This document shows, one piece after another, positions 43,070 through 56,559 of a DNA stretch of 64,000 nt (the first letter of the stretch is position 1; every line of letters starts with the position of its first letter). Position numbers and translations under genes: made by a program. The stretch comes from Lama glama. Taxonomy: Eukaryota. The DNA is taken from the NCBI GenBank assembly GCA_028534125.1, contig CM052816.1, forward strand, positions 66,528,001-66,592,000, written 5' to 3'. The notes below the pieces were generated by a model. It was not told the origin of the DNA. It did not search any database and saw only the letters and a program-made list of their open reading frames with translations.

Positions 43070-43540
43070 TGAATTAGAAGTGTGATGTGTGCCTCTAATA
43101 GCCAGGTTGTTCTCGGACCCACTCCTTGCCCTTCCCCACCTCTGATCTGTAATTCTGGATCTGTATTTCCCAGGCTCCCCTGGACCCTGGTTTCTGGTTA
43201 TGTTTAGCCAATGCCAGGCTCTGACTGACAAATGGAGGATGAGAAGAGAGGAACAAAAGAATTTCTTTTCCCCCATTCCCTGTGTCTTGTGGCTCTCGAT
43301 CCTGCAGACCACACTAGGTCTTAATTCCCAGTGTCTGTTGTGCAGACCTGGCGCTGGACTCCATTTTTAGGGGTGGTAATGGCTTCCTGCTTTGGCTAAT
43401 CTCTTGGATGCCCCCATACCCTCTGGCTTCTCAACTCTTCCATCACTTGTGAAACCAATTCCTCCTATTATAGTTCCCCATGTGTGGAAGTTGTAGGGTG
43501 CTTTCTTTTTTCCTGGCTGAATTCTGACTGATAACAAACT
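43070..43540 (-). mobile_element. Old ERVL/MaLR-class LTR, same family as 31085-31585
   Basis: Reverse complement aligns by eye to 31085-31585. Confidence 0.55.
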
Positions 43541-45439
43541 CATGTTACAGTAATAAAAAGAGGCAACTGAGGCAGGGGAGAATCCTTCAGTGTGCAAGTA
43601 TTAAATCACGACGTTTTAAAATAGACTTGGTATAGAGGAGTGGCTTGGACATCTTGTGTTTAAGAGACATCCTGTGTTTCATTCTCAACATCACCACCTA
43701 CTAGTTGTGATCTTGCATGAGTCAGTTACTTCTCCAAGCCTGAATTTATTGACCTATAAAATGGTGGCGGGGGTAGTATTTATTCTACGTGCTGAGATGC
43801 TCACATAAGATATGTGGTAGAGTTCTTTAAAACAGAAGGCAGGTGTTACTGCTCTTGTTATGTCATTTGAGGAACTGTTCACCAAGCAGAAAGAGAAGCC
43901 TGAGAGAAGACATGGCAGTCATCTGCATATACAAAGGAATTTCGCATAGAAGAGAGGCGACCTTTTTATATAGTGCTATAATGGAAATAAGCATGCCTAG
44001 TGGATGGAAATTCCAGGAAAGCATATTTCAGCTCAGCATACAGCAGAGCTTTTCAGTAAGTAGAGCTGTTCAAAAATCTGAAAAGCTATCTTAAGAAGTA
44101 ATGAGATCCTGGTCTCTGATCATATTCTGGCAGAGTCTGGTGACTCACAAGTGGGGGAGTTAATAATTCTTTAGAGACTAACAGTAACGACAGTAATAAC
44201 ATTTGGGAGTTATCAAGTGTTAAGTTCTGCTCTAAGCACTTAATATGTATAAATTAATTTAATTCTCACAATGACCAAAGGATACAGTAGAATTGCTTTC
44301 CAGATGAATAAACTGAGGCACGGAGATAGTAATTCGTCCAACATTACATAGGTAGTAAGTGGAAGATCTACAGACTACAGTTCTAGGAATTTTACTATCC
44401 GTATAGGAGATGCTTAATAAATGTATTTTGGCTCAATACAGTTTTTCATGATTGCCTTATATGAATGCTTTTCACTTTCATTGTAGAGTCTGCCCTAGAT
44501 TGTTTCTAATATTTTTTATGATACAAAGAGAATATAAGTTTGCTATAAACAGTTTGGAAAATGCAGAGAAGTACAAAGAAAAAATAGAAATCACCAGTTA
44601 TCACAAAATTCAGAGCTCAAAACAGTTTCAGTATGCGTTTCCTATTTTTTTCTATGTGTCGTCTTTATTTTTTAACATAGTTGTATGTCTACACACATTT
44701 TTAAAAAGACTGTTTCATGTATTAGCTTATCTGATGACATGTTATAATACAGATTTCACCCCCAGAGTTTCTGATTCAGTAAGTCTGAGGTGGGGTTCAA
44801 GAATTTACATGTCTAACAAATCCCCATGGGTTACTGAGGGGCTGCTGATCCTGGCTCACACTTTGAGAATCACTAGGCTAAATTATGTGGGGCATTTGGT
44901 AAATATATTTTTTTTTCCAAGAAAGGACTAATAAGAATCATGAATGTCTTCTGAAAATAGGGCTTTCCAAGTGAGAAAATATGGATGTTCATGCATTAGT
45001 GTGTGCTTGGCTTAACTAAGTGTCACATGTAAAAGTGAGCCATGGGGTTGGATGAGCAACTTGACATCACACCACTTAGATCATCTCTTCTTATGAATCA
45101 GCAGTGGCTATTCTCTTAACTCTTCTTTGTGTGGCAGGGATTTCAGACCCTTGACTGTCACCCGTCAATATTCATTTGCCTTTCTCTGAGAGTCCTCCAG
45201 TTTGTCTTGCCTCTCCTGGTCTAGGTGAACACAACTGGGTGGATGCCAGCTGGGGTCTAAGCAGTGTGTACTGCAGTTGATCTTTTATTACTGAGGAGCT
45301 GGGCACCGTGTTTCTATCAAGGCAGCCTGAGACCATTTTCAACCACCATGCTGTATTATTCACCTATACTGAGTTTACACCAAGTATAGCTTTTTCTTCT
45401 TGAAAATATGTTAAGACATATTTAAATTGTAGAGTTAAG

Positions 45440-45730
45440 TTTTTGAGCTTAAAAACAGTAACTTATTCTATCACACTATAAACAACACACATATATATGT
45501 ACATGCAAGTAAATGTACAAACTGGTGAAATCTGAGTAAGATCTATAGCCTAGTTAATACCATTGTACTAATGTCAATTTCCTGCTTTTGACATTGTACT
45601 ATAATTATGTAAGATGTAATCATTTGAGGGAAACTGGGGGAAGGATATACAGAATCTCTCTATTGCTATGTTTTTTGCAAGTTCCTGTAAGTTGGCTAAT
45701 ATTTTTAAATAAAAAGTTTAAAAAAAACTA
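45440..45730 (+). mobile_element. L1MC-type 3' end
   Basis: actggtgaaatctgagtaag...aatgtcaatttcctgcttttgacattgtact...aaataaaaagtttaaaaaaa. Confidence 0.75.
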
Positions 45731-48700
45731 TACATTTATGATGTTTAAGGCAACTCATTGATGTGTTGGCTCAGTCTGGCCATATCTTCCATTTTTCAGT
45801 GTCCAAACATGATGAATTCTGGTTTCACTACCTGGTAGTTCTGTGACTTTGTGCAAGTTTAATTAACCCCTCTTGATGCTCATTTTCTCATTTTTACTGT
45901 AAGAGCATCAATGTTACTCATTTTAAGGATTGAGTTGACATGTGCCTAGAACTGTACCTGGCACATAGTAAACATCTATAAATACTGGCAGTAATGATGG
46001 TGATGCTAGTGATGATAAGATGATGTACCTGTGCTCATGCTGATCACTAGCCAATTCTGGCTCCAGATCACCTCCCACTCTGCCCCCCGTACCCAATCCA
46101 CCTGAGATTGGTTCAGCTAGTGTGCCGCCTGTAGGAAGTTTAGGTAGGCAAGGATTTAATACAGGGATATGGGTGCTTGAAAGGACTGAAGGAGGTAAAG
46201 TTCAGGGAAGGCTACTGCTAGTTCTTAGGTTTGCCACTAACAGTCATAGAATCAGGAGATTCAAACAACCACAAGAAATTGCCATCCATGTTCACAGCTG
46301 CCTGGGAGCATAGAAGTGGGTAATTCTTAGGAAAATGCTAAAAGTCACTAAAAAAACCCTTAACTTTGTGTCTTTTTTACCTCCAGATTTTTATACAAGT
46401 GCCTATCAGTGGTAGAATCCTATCCAAAATAAAACTAGCAAGGAACTCATGGAAATGAAGCTCCCAGCCTTCCAGTGCCTATGATGCAGAGGAGTGACAG
46501 AAGAGGCCAGAAGGTGTTCTAACTTGACAATGGACTATAGACATTACACTCTTCTTGAATATTTTGATCATCTTCCCAGACACTCCTCTCAACTAGTATT
46601 GTATCTTCTTTATACCTGTTTTTTGGTACCTTCTTACATATGGCCTTCTATTGTAGTCATTAATGAATGTGGATTCTCTCACTTAGATATAAAGTTCTAG
46701 AAATTTACAGCAGCATCTGGCACATAACAGATTCTTACTATGCATTTATTAAATGAGTATATTAATGTATCCTATTCTTTTTTTAAGTCCTTTGTTGTTT
46801 GATTTTCATAGGAATCTACAATGGAGCAGACCTTAAAATACGAGGAAAGAGGGAGAAAGAAGAATCATTCAAAAAAAGAAGTGAGTGGTCTCTTTAATGT
46901 CTTCTATAAAGTACTTAAAATGTTTCAGTAAAATGAAAACATTTAAAACAAATGTTGAATTCTCTACAGAGATTGCATAGCAACGTATGGTGATGGCCTT
47001 ATGACAGCCTCTGCCGCACAGGCAAAAGGCAGCCTCTTCCCCAGACACCTGTCATGGCTTAGCCTCCAGCCTCCATATCTCATCCTATGTACAGGCAAAG
47101 CTGCATGAAAGAAAAGGAAAGTGCTAAGTGCAGATTACCTAGTAGAATAAGCTGGGAGCATTGAAGACATGTCATTGAATCAGGTTCCTGGTCTTGGAGT
47201 TGTACTGACTTACATGACAAGCCTGTACTTTAAAACAACACTGAGGTCACTTGAAGGATGTAACGTTCCACTTTTGGAATAGCCATGCTGTTTGCAAGGA
47301 AGAGCAGTGTGTTGTGGTTCAGAAACCATCACACGTTTGGGAAATGCAGAAGTGCAATTAACAGCTGCTTCTCTAATAAACTTTTTTTTTCCCTGTGGGG
47401 CTAAAATTCTTCACTGAGGCAGCTGTTAATTTCCAACTTCAATTCTGCTGGGTAGAGGGTGACTATTTATAGAGGTTCTATTTGGGAAAATCTGAGAAAG
47501 ACACTAGCTAGAACTGACATTCTCTGGTCATGAACTTATTCTGATCTTTTTATTTTATTTTTTATCATGACCTTGGCAAAAATCAGTGCAGTTGAGAGCT
47601 CCTCAACGGATTGTGTCTTTGACCCTTCTAGTTGTGTAACTTGTATTTTTTCAAGGGTTCTCATTATTTCCTGGTTAAAGTTGTTACTTCTGAAATGGAG
47701 AAAAATCATGTTAGAGACTATGGGAGGGGACAAATCTATTAGTAATAACTTGCTAATTGGGCTAGGCAGAAGGAATGTTCTGTCAACAACACAATGATTC
47801 TGCCTTCAACTGTGTTGGTTGAAGGCAAAATTAGGAAGACATCTTTGGTACCCCTGCATCCTTCTTGACACTCTTCTTCCCTTAACCTATGTCCCATCCC
47901 TCTCAGATATCCAATGAGGTCTTATCTCTCTTTTATAATCTGCTCCTAGGAGATAATCCAGTGTCATCCATTTTCACCCAAATGTATTTTTTCTTTAAGT
48001 TCAATGGCCTATATGCCTCATATAAAAGAATTTCAGGCTTCCACAGGCAAGTAAATATGGTGTTTGAAGGGACAGAATATTCTCTCAAGAAACCTTTTTT
48101 TTAAAAAATGTCTTCTTTTTTTTAAATTGAAGAATAGTCAGTTACAATGTGTCAGTTTCTGACGTACAGCATAATGTCTTTAAACCATGTGCAGGCAACA
48201 TTATATAGTCTGAGTAGTGTGGGCGCTAGCACAGAGGGGTGAAAACTCTTCCTGTTCATCCGGGGGCAGGAGGATTCCTTTCAGAATCCCACTTTCTGCC
48301 TCTATAAGATGAGGGAGACTCAGGAGTTCATTGTGAGGACTAAGTGAGAGTCCGTTACAGTGTCCAGCTCTGTTCTTGCTGGAGGGCAGCTTTTCACTGC
48401 TTGTGTCTCCCCTTCCTCACTTCCTGTCCCCCAACCCCACCCCATATGGAGGCTATCTCTTGTATACAGAATAAATATCTTTTTAAAAACATACAGTGTT
48501 ATAATAAATGAGAAGGAAGGAAGAGGGTCAGGAAATGGACTAGCTAATCAGAAAAAATCACAATTTTTTCTAAACATCAGTAATTTCTCATTTAGTTGGA
48601 AGGAGTAAGCCAGTGTTCTTTTTGAAAATGTACATAGATTTTTTTTAAAATATTACTTTAAAAATGAATTCTGGCTTGTGTGAGTCAAGTTTATCTCTTC

Positions 48701-49249
48701 TTTTTCACTATGTAATAAAAAATGTGTCATAAGCATTAACAAGAATATGCTAAGCTACAGCAATGCATCCCCATAACTCACAAGAAATAAAAGAAAATAA
48801 ATATAGATGACTTAGAGTCTTAAGATGATATATTTGCAGGCAACTTTTCTTCAGCTTTCTTCCTTCTCCTCATTTTCCTACTCACACTTAAAAAATTGTT
48901 TCTACCTTAATGTTACTAAAGAACTTTTAGAAATATCAGGCTCTTGTTTCTCTACATTTCAAAATGAAATTATGGGGGCCACTTAAACCTAATTTAAATA
49001 ATTGGGTCAAATCATAACTTACAAGTACCATTGTCTACATTTGGGAAAAACAGTACTGTGCATGTCTCTGAATTTGGGTGTATGTATTTGAGACATACGG
49101 TCCTTGATGATACTACCAAGAGGTTAAAGAGGTTAAAAAACCTTCCAAGTCCTTCGTACAATTCTGAGGTTGAGGAAATTAATAAAGCTGGACCAGACTC
49201 CTTCAGAAGCTTTAAATAGTTTTTCTATTGAGCACAGGGGAGTCTATTT

Positions 49250-50560
49250 TCCACATTTGCTTTTTATTTGCTCTCTCACCAGTGGTTGACTCAATGGCAA
49301 TCTCATCCTTGAAATGCTCTTTCTCCTTGGCTTCCTAGACCCAAAACACACCTGGTTCTCTGCCTATCTCCTTGGCCACTCTTTTTCAGTCTTCCTTACA
49401 AGAATCTTCGGTCTTTAAACGTTGACGTCCTTGAAGGTTCAGTCCCAGGTTTACATGTCTCTGCTCCTGCTTCAATTACGACATCTCTGCAAGTAACTCA
49501 CAGTAGTGACCTCTGGCTCTAACCTCTTCTCTGAGCTTATGTGTGTAAGTGCCTATTTGAAAAGTAAGCTTGGAGGCCTCAAATTAGATTAAATTCAGCA
49601 CATCCAAACCTGAACTCTTAATCTTCTTGCTTAATTCCTAGGCTTATTTCTGTTTCTCATGGACTAACCCCCACTGCCACCCATCCAACCAGTAGTGTTG
49701 GTCTGAAAGCTCACAGTCATCCTTGACACCTCCCTCTCTTTCATATTCATTTGTCAATACTTCATCCAAAAAAATCTATCCACTCTTTCCATGTACACCA
49801 GAGCCATCCCAGTCCAAGTGACAATCACCTTTTACCTGAACTGTTGATTTGCTCTACACCATTCTGCCCGCTGTCCAACACCTTCCTACTTTGTAGTCAG
49901 AGTTACACTTTCCCCAAAGGCAAGCTAATCATGTCACCTGTCTCTCCCCTCTCCAGACTTAAACTCTTCAATTGCTTCCCATTACAAACTTACAAACAAA
50001 ACTTCCTAAGATGACCCATAAAGCTCCACTCCATCTAGCCCTGAGCTGCCTCTCCATCCCTCACTTACTCTTGTCCTTCTTTGCTGGATACAGGCCTTTT
50101 GGCTTCAGGTCAGTGTTTCACATTCTCCATGTTTCTTTTAACCATGGGACCTTTGCACAAGCCGTTCTGTTTTCCTGGTATACCCTCAGCCTCTCCTATC
50201 TTCAACCCAGTTAACTCTTTCTCATTGCACAGATCTTAGCTCAGTAAACACTTCTCCAGGTAAAACTTTCCAAAGCTCCTTAGTAAAGTTAAATCTACCT
50301 ATTTTAGGCTCTCATGACGCCTTGTGTCTCTCCATTGTATCATATAGAGCATTAGACAAAGTTATAATTTTATATCTGTTTTACTTTTATTATGTCATTA
50401 TTTATGTAATTATCTGACTCTTCCACTTGTCTGTAAGGACAATATACTGAGTGCTTTTCTCTTTTATTTTGTTATGTTTTCATTCACCATTGGATTCCTG
50501 TACCTGGTAAAATGTTTGACATGTTGCCAAAACTAAATTAATATTTGTTAAGTGAATTTC
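49250..50560 (+). mobile_element. Long L2 LINE remnant
   Basis: Successive L2 3'-region motifs ending aatatttgttaagtgaat. Confidence 0.8.
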
Positions 50561-53500
50561 ATGGGTTTGTTTAAAGGTATATTTGTATTTCTATTGTGGG
50601 TAATATTGCCAGGATTTTCTTACTCAATTCACTCTTACACAAGTTCTTCAACAACTTCAGGAAGAAATAAGGAAAGGATTGCTTCTCTAACTTGAAAGGA
50701 AAAACAAAAACAAAATAGAACATATTCCAGTTAAAAATCAGGATATCTGAATTTAACTGCTTTTTGGCATCCAATTTTTAACTCTTGTTTTTAAAACTCT
50801 AGCATTATTTCATTTTTAGAATTTTCTACTTTTAAATTACACAATAGGAAAACTAGAATATTTAGAGTCATCCCTTAGTACTATCAAAATCTTTGCACAG
50901 ATTTGGTAGTCATCGCTAAACTCTGAGACAACAAATGCTGGTGTCTTTTGTAACTCACAAAGTCACTGTCCTCATGCATCACATGAAAACCTTATGTAAT
51001 ATTTTGCAGTTTGAACAATACAATTCCTTTCCCTAGTCTGCCTTTCTTCTTTTTCTTTCAAAGTACTAAATGCCTACATTTTGCCTTCACTGGTTGAGTT
51101 TTGGGACCTGACTTTGAAGGGGCTAATAAGAGAAAAAAATAACAAGTGAACAAATAAAAACTTACAGGTGTTTTGATAGAATTATTCAGTCTCCCGGAAC
51201 AGGGGCAGTTAGGTGGGATGGGCAAAAAATCAGTATGAGAAAGGAAGAAGCTGGAAGTCCAAGAAAGATATGGAAAAAGTAACACTTGACTTAGTTCTCC
51301 AATAGCTAGTAGGCATTCAGCAGGGAGCTTGGATGGAATGAAGGGATTCTGAGGGGGAAGGAGCAGCTGAAGTGCAGATGTGGAGATGGGATGGACACTG
51401 AGGTGTTGGTGTTGCAAATGGGCGGGCATGGCTGCTGCTCTGAGAGATAACGGGGAGAGGCAGGTAGACGTGAAACATAGTAGTTAGTATGCGGGGCGTG
51501 GTTCTGTCTGGTTCGAGCGTGACTTGATCAGATCTCTCTGCAAGCAATGTGAACTGAAAGAGTGAAACCAGGACGCAGTCATTTAGAAGAGAAAGAAAGA
51601 CAGGTAGCACTGGTGAAGAAAAGAATGAGACTAACGTGAGAGTTTCAGGGGATAGAAGTAGCAGGGAGCATGTTGGTACACTCCAAAGGTGTAACTGAGG
51701 AGATTTTAGTGAATGGACTCAAATCTTTGCAGAGTATGGGCTGAGTTAAGGGAAGAAGCAACAGATGATGAAGCTCCCAGGAACTGGCAACAGTGGAAAA
51801 CCACTGGAGCAGTGTTCGGGGAACCCAAGAGAGCTGGAGAGCTGGAGGCGTGGATGGAGGTGGGGCCACCTGAGAGTTCAAAAGGTGTGATCCTAAAGGA
51901 GTGCCAGAACCCTACCAGGCAGGGGAAGTGGAGTGGGGTTGTGCTTGAGCTTCAGAATCAATACCTTATCTCTCTTTTGCCTGTAGTCTTGTTATCAGCA
52001 TTGCTCAAACCCAACCAGAGGGCAAAGGGATCTGAATGTCACAATCAGTGAATGTGAATGAATTCATTCACCATCAGTGAATGAATCAATGAATGATTTG
52101 GAGGTGCAAAAAGGCTGATCAGCACGGGAGGCACAATCTCAGTGATGATGGGGTTAGGTGGGAGGAAGCAGACTGGGGAGTCTAGGGTGATTCTAGAGCT
52201 GGTGACTTAAGTAGGAGAACAAATGCTTTGCCTCAGGGTCCTAATATTCAGAGAACGCATTTTGATTAAAGATTTTAAAAGATTGATCCAACTGCGAAGT
52301 GTTCAGCCTCTGAAAATTTTCTGACTGCCTCTCTGACAACAGCTACACTGGCCCACACAGCATCGTCGGTGTGCTGCACAGAGACACTGAGCTAAGAAGG
52401 CAGGTGATGGTTGACATGCTGCCCTTGGTTCTGCTCTAATTCATCCTCCCGCAGTTAACAGCACTTTGTAATTTGCACAAAGGGGCCACAAAACCAAGCT
52501 GCAGCTTTAAGATGTCACCATTAAAATGGGAATTTGCCATTGATCCCAAAGGAAGTGAATAAAGCCAGAGACTGGAGGTCAAATCAGGTCAAAGTCAAGG
52601 CAATGGATACACTAACCCACCTGTGAGAGTATTCATGTAAAACACGCTACCAGGAGTGGATGCTAAATTAAATGACAGACTTTTAAATAAATTTTATAGA
52701 CTGGAACCAATATGTGGATTTGGAAATTTCCCAGAATGTCTGTTATTTTGGCTTTGACTTCAGTCTAGCCTGGAGGAACTCCTTATCAAACTTGCTTACC
52801 TTGCCCCCCTTTTTTATTAGTTGTAATAATTGGTATTACCAATAACAGTCTGCTTTGAGCTTTATAGCTACTGAGCTTAAGAGATCTCCAAGGTTGTTCT
52901 GCTTGGTTCATGTCTTCCAAGGATAGATTAGTTTCCAAGTTTCCAGCTAAACTGAAAATCAAACTATGTGTGGGGGAGGATGTTTGAAATTGGTTCTTTT
53001 TAGGTTTTCTGGGCATTGGGCATGTATCTCGCATTTCCAAAGAAAAGAGATAGGGATGAATGGAAAGGACCTCCTCTTCTACTCACTCAAGCCACAATCT
53101 CAAAACTGTAAATAAAAAATAGAAAATATTTCTTTGACTTCTTCCAAAATGCAAGAGTAAGTCATCTTCATTTATAAACTCTCACAGGCTTTCCTTCTAA
53201 TCTGTGAGGGCTGGGATTTTCCAAACTTTTTGCAATTTGGAGTCTGGGAGCAGGTGACTTAATATCTTTTTGAGAATCTTTCTATCTGATTCTTCTATAT
53301 GGTTTACAAAAAGGGGTCTGAGAACATGTATGTCTGTCCTTGGCTTAGCTCCTATAATCAAAAGGTTATTGAGAGAGGAGCCATTTTGCTTTGCTCATCT
53401 GTCCAGCCTGCATTACATCTTACTGAAATGTATAGGCCAAATGTACAATCCTTTTTCCCCCAGTTTTGAAATTCAAAAGAGCTGAAAAAAAGAAAAAGAT

Positions 53501-54279
53501 TTGTGTAACTCATTTGGTGACAAAACACCACTTGGCCTGAAATATTTGGCAGCAAAAGCTGACATGAATTGACACAAGTTTATTTATAGTATTTATTCTT
53601 AGAGTGAGTATTAATATATTTTCCTGCAGCAATGTGATAAATATAAGGTGATGCTCCAGGCTGCTGATGGATTGTATCATATGTAATATAAGGAATACGA
53701 AATGTCTTACCATTCAAAAATTCTACCAAATTATATGTTACAAAAATACCTGGCCTCAAAATTGTCAGACTCTCAGAACGTCAGCTGTCAGATCACAGTC
53801 CTGTGTTGACAGGAGACATGGTTTCCTACAGAACGTTGGCTTCTTTTTCACGGAAGAATAAAAATGCTTCTCATTTTGTTTTTACCTTCTCTCCTTTAAA
53901 ACTGCTGAACATAACAGATGTTCAATGAATATTGTTGACTTAGTGATTTATTACTGAATATATCTGAAGGCAAAGAAGAAAAGGCATGAATAGATACATG
54001 GAATGTGAGGAGATAAAGGTATAGCTTCAAGGTGAGAGAGGCACAACCAGCTTTTCAGGTGAGTAATGTTTAGAGGAGGTAGACTTTCAAGAGGTAAGGC
54101 TTCCCAATGTAAAGACTTTAAAAACACCCTTTCTTTCACTGAAAGCTAAAATTGATTTATTTTTCATCCTGTGCTTAATATTGGTCCAGGATATCTGTAA
54201 TTTTTTAAACACTCTGTTTTCTTTATGGATTAAAGAATTGGGATAACTATTAAAATTAGTTTATAAATCAGACATGAAT

Positions 54280-54520
54280 AATTGTAATCATTTATTGAGC
54301 ATTGGCAGACCAACTGAGTGCTTTACATTCATAATTTAATTTAACACTCACAAAAACCTTATGAGGTAGAAGTATTATTTTCCCCATTTTTCAGATGAAG
54401 GAATTTCTAGATAAATCAAATAACTTGTCCAAAGTCATCTAATAGTAAGGGTTAGAGCTAGAGTGTTCAACCCAAGCAGAGCCCAGATTCTTTGTGCTTA
54501 AACTACTATAGTGTACTTTA
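54280..54520 (-). mobile_element. MIR SINE
   Basis: catttattgagc...tattatttccccatttttcagatgaagga...aacttgtccaaagtca. Confidence 0.8.
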
Positions 54521-55094
54521 TTCTATAATGACTGAAGTTCATGGTTAAAAAGAAAAAAGTGGGCAGCCCTTTCAATAACCACACAGTATTATATAATACG
54601 CTCTGGGCTTTGTTCTCTCATGAGGGCTTAGTTGGGAGTTATCCGAAAGGCCCTCCTGGACATAAGCTGTATAATTAGGGAAGCATTCCCCGCTACAATG
54701 AAGAACAGGATGTCCAATAACAGTCCTTAAACAAATAAGGCTTTATGTGTCTCACATAATAAGTCTGGAGGTAGGTTGTTCTCAGCATGGATATAGTGGT
54801 TAAGGTGTCAGGTTCAAGATCTTTATGATTTTTCTTTTTGGCTTTTCTCCCACGACCCCAACTTGTTTGCTGTAGTTCCAGCTTCTGTGTCCCCATTCAA
54901 GCCAAGAAGAAGCTGGGAGGAAGACGGATTAGCTATGGCTACCCTTTTATCAGAGGAAATGAAAGTTTCCCCAGAAGTGTCCCAGCGGTTGTGTAGTTAT
55001 ATGGTCCTAGGGCCACCCCCAGCTGCAAGGGAGGGCGGGAGAGTCAAGACCGCTTGTTAACTGGGTCAGTCCAGTCACGGGCCATCATCTAGGA

Positions 55095-55320
55095 CAAGGG
55101 TCAGCCAACTTGTTTTTGAAAGGGCCACATAGTAAATATTTCAGGTTTGCAGTCCAGATGCTCTGTAGCACCTGCTCAATTGTGTGGCTATCATATTGAA
55201 AAAATAGCCCTTGGACAATATGTAAATGAGTGGGCTCATTTGTGTTCCAGTAAAACTTTATTTATAAAACTGGTAGCAGAACTGATTTGGCTGATGTCTG
55301 TAATTTACCAACCCCTAGGC
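55095..55320 (+). mobile_element. MER58-like hAT-Charlie element
   Basis: caagggtcagccaac...aagggccacatagtaaatattt...gtgttccagtaaaactttattt...ccaacccctag. Confidence 0.8.
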
Positions 55321-55659
55321 CCGCAACTCGGTGTCCTGCTGCTGAGCCAAATTGGGGTATATTTACGAGCAAGGAAGAGGGGAGGGGATTGTGGATAGAA
55401 ACTAACAGTGTCTGCAGTTGAGGACAGAAACATTCTCTTGACTTATTCTTTTCCCCTCTCTTTTTCCAAGTTTACAGCTGGAGGGTCTATGCTCTTGGCT
55501 ATGGAGTTGTAAAGGTAATAGTACTAGACTTAGCAGCTTTCATCAGGAGAGCCTGCAGGGAGTTGGTTAGACAGACTTGAGGCTGCCTGTCAGCCCACAC
55601 TAACTGCTTTTGGTAGTGGATGCGACAGACTGCTGGGCACCAGGCTATAGAAAACAATG

Positions 55660-56120
55660 ATTGCTGCCTGCCCATTTTTCACTCTTCTTTCTTGCTATTC
55701 AGCAAGGAGAATTAATGTGCTCAGAGATAAAGTATATTTCCAGCCTTCTGTGCCACAAGAAGTGGTCATGGATGTCATCCTGGCCAATTAGACATGCATG
55801 GAAGTTTCTGGGCAGAAATACCCTTTACGGTGGCAGCTTTCCCTGGCGTGAGCATTTGCCCTTATCCTGTCTCCTTTTGTCCTTTCTGCTAGGACAGAGC
55901 CATCTTGCAACCACAGTGCAATAGGCATGAGGGAGAGAGCCAGCCACTGAAATGACTGAACCAGAGGGGAGAGGAAGCCCAGGTACCTGATAACATTATA
56001 GAGCTACTACTCCAAGCTTGGGCTGCTAGACGTGTTGCTACACCAAGAAAGTAAAACCCTGAACTGTTTAATACATTGCTTGCTTGGAGTTTCTGTGGCT
56101 CGAAGCCAGATGCATTCGTG
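55660..56120. mobile_element. Old MaLR/ERVL LTR (MLT1J/LTR16-like)
   Basis: atttccagccttctgtgccacaagaagtggtcatg...gccatcttgcaaccac...tttctgtggctcgaagcc. Confidence 0.55.
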
Positions 56121-56559
56121 GCAGCTGTACAGGGAGTTTGTGCTCAAATGAAGAAAAAGAAACAGCTCTCCTTCCCCAGTACAGTCAGGGAGAACAGGAC
56201 CCCTCATTTTCTGCTTCTGACTCTGTGGTGAGGCTTGCAAAGTCTTCTTAGTCAGGGTTAGTCTCCCCTGGTCTTTAATGCTTTTTGGTTGAGTTCGGCT
56301 TAGCATGTCTCATTACAGAGAACACGCCGTGAGCTGGTGCCTGGGATCCTGATATTCCACTTTGGTTCCCACCACACCTTATTTGTTTATTAGGTCACAG
56401 ATATTTCTTCCAACCCATTCACGTGGTGTAGAGTTACTGAGACTGCATTTCCTCAGCTCAACTGTTGAATGTATTCTAAGGTGTCAAGCAGATACATTCA
56501 CTACAGGATTAGGACTATTTTGTAATATTTCAATTGACAATACAGGTTGGCTACCTATT

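Noticed and set aside
44452..44931. 159 aa ORF
   Set aside because: Runs through L1M-like and MER5-like remnants in AT-rich sequence; no protein-family signal.
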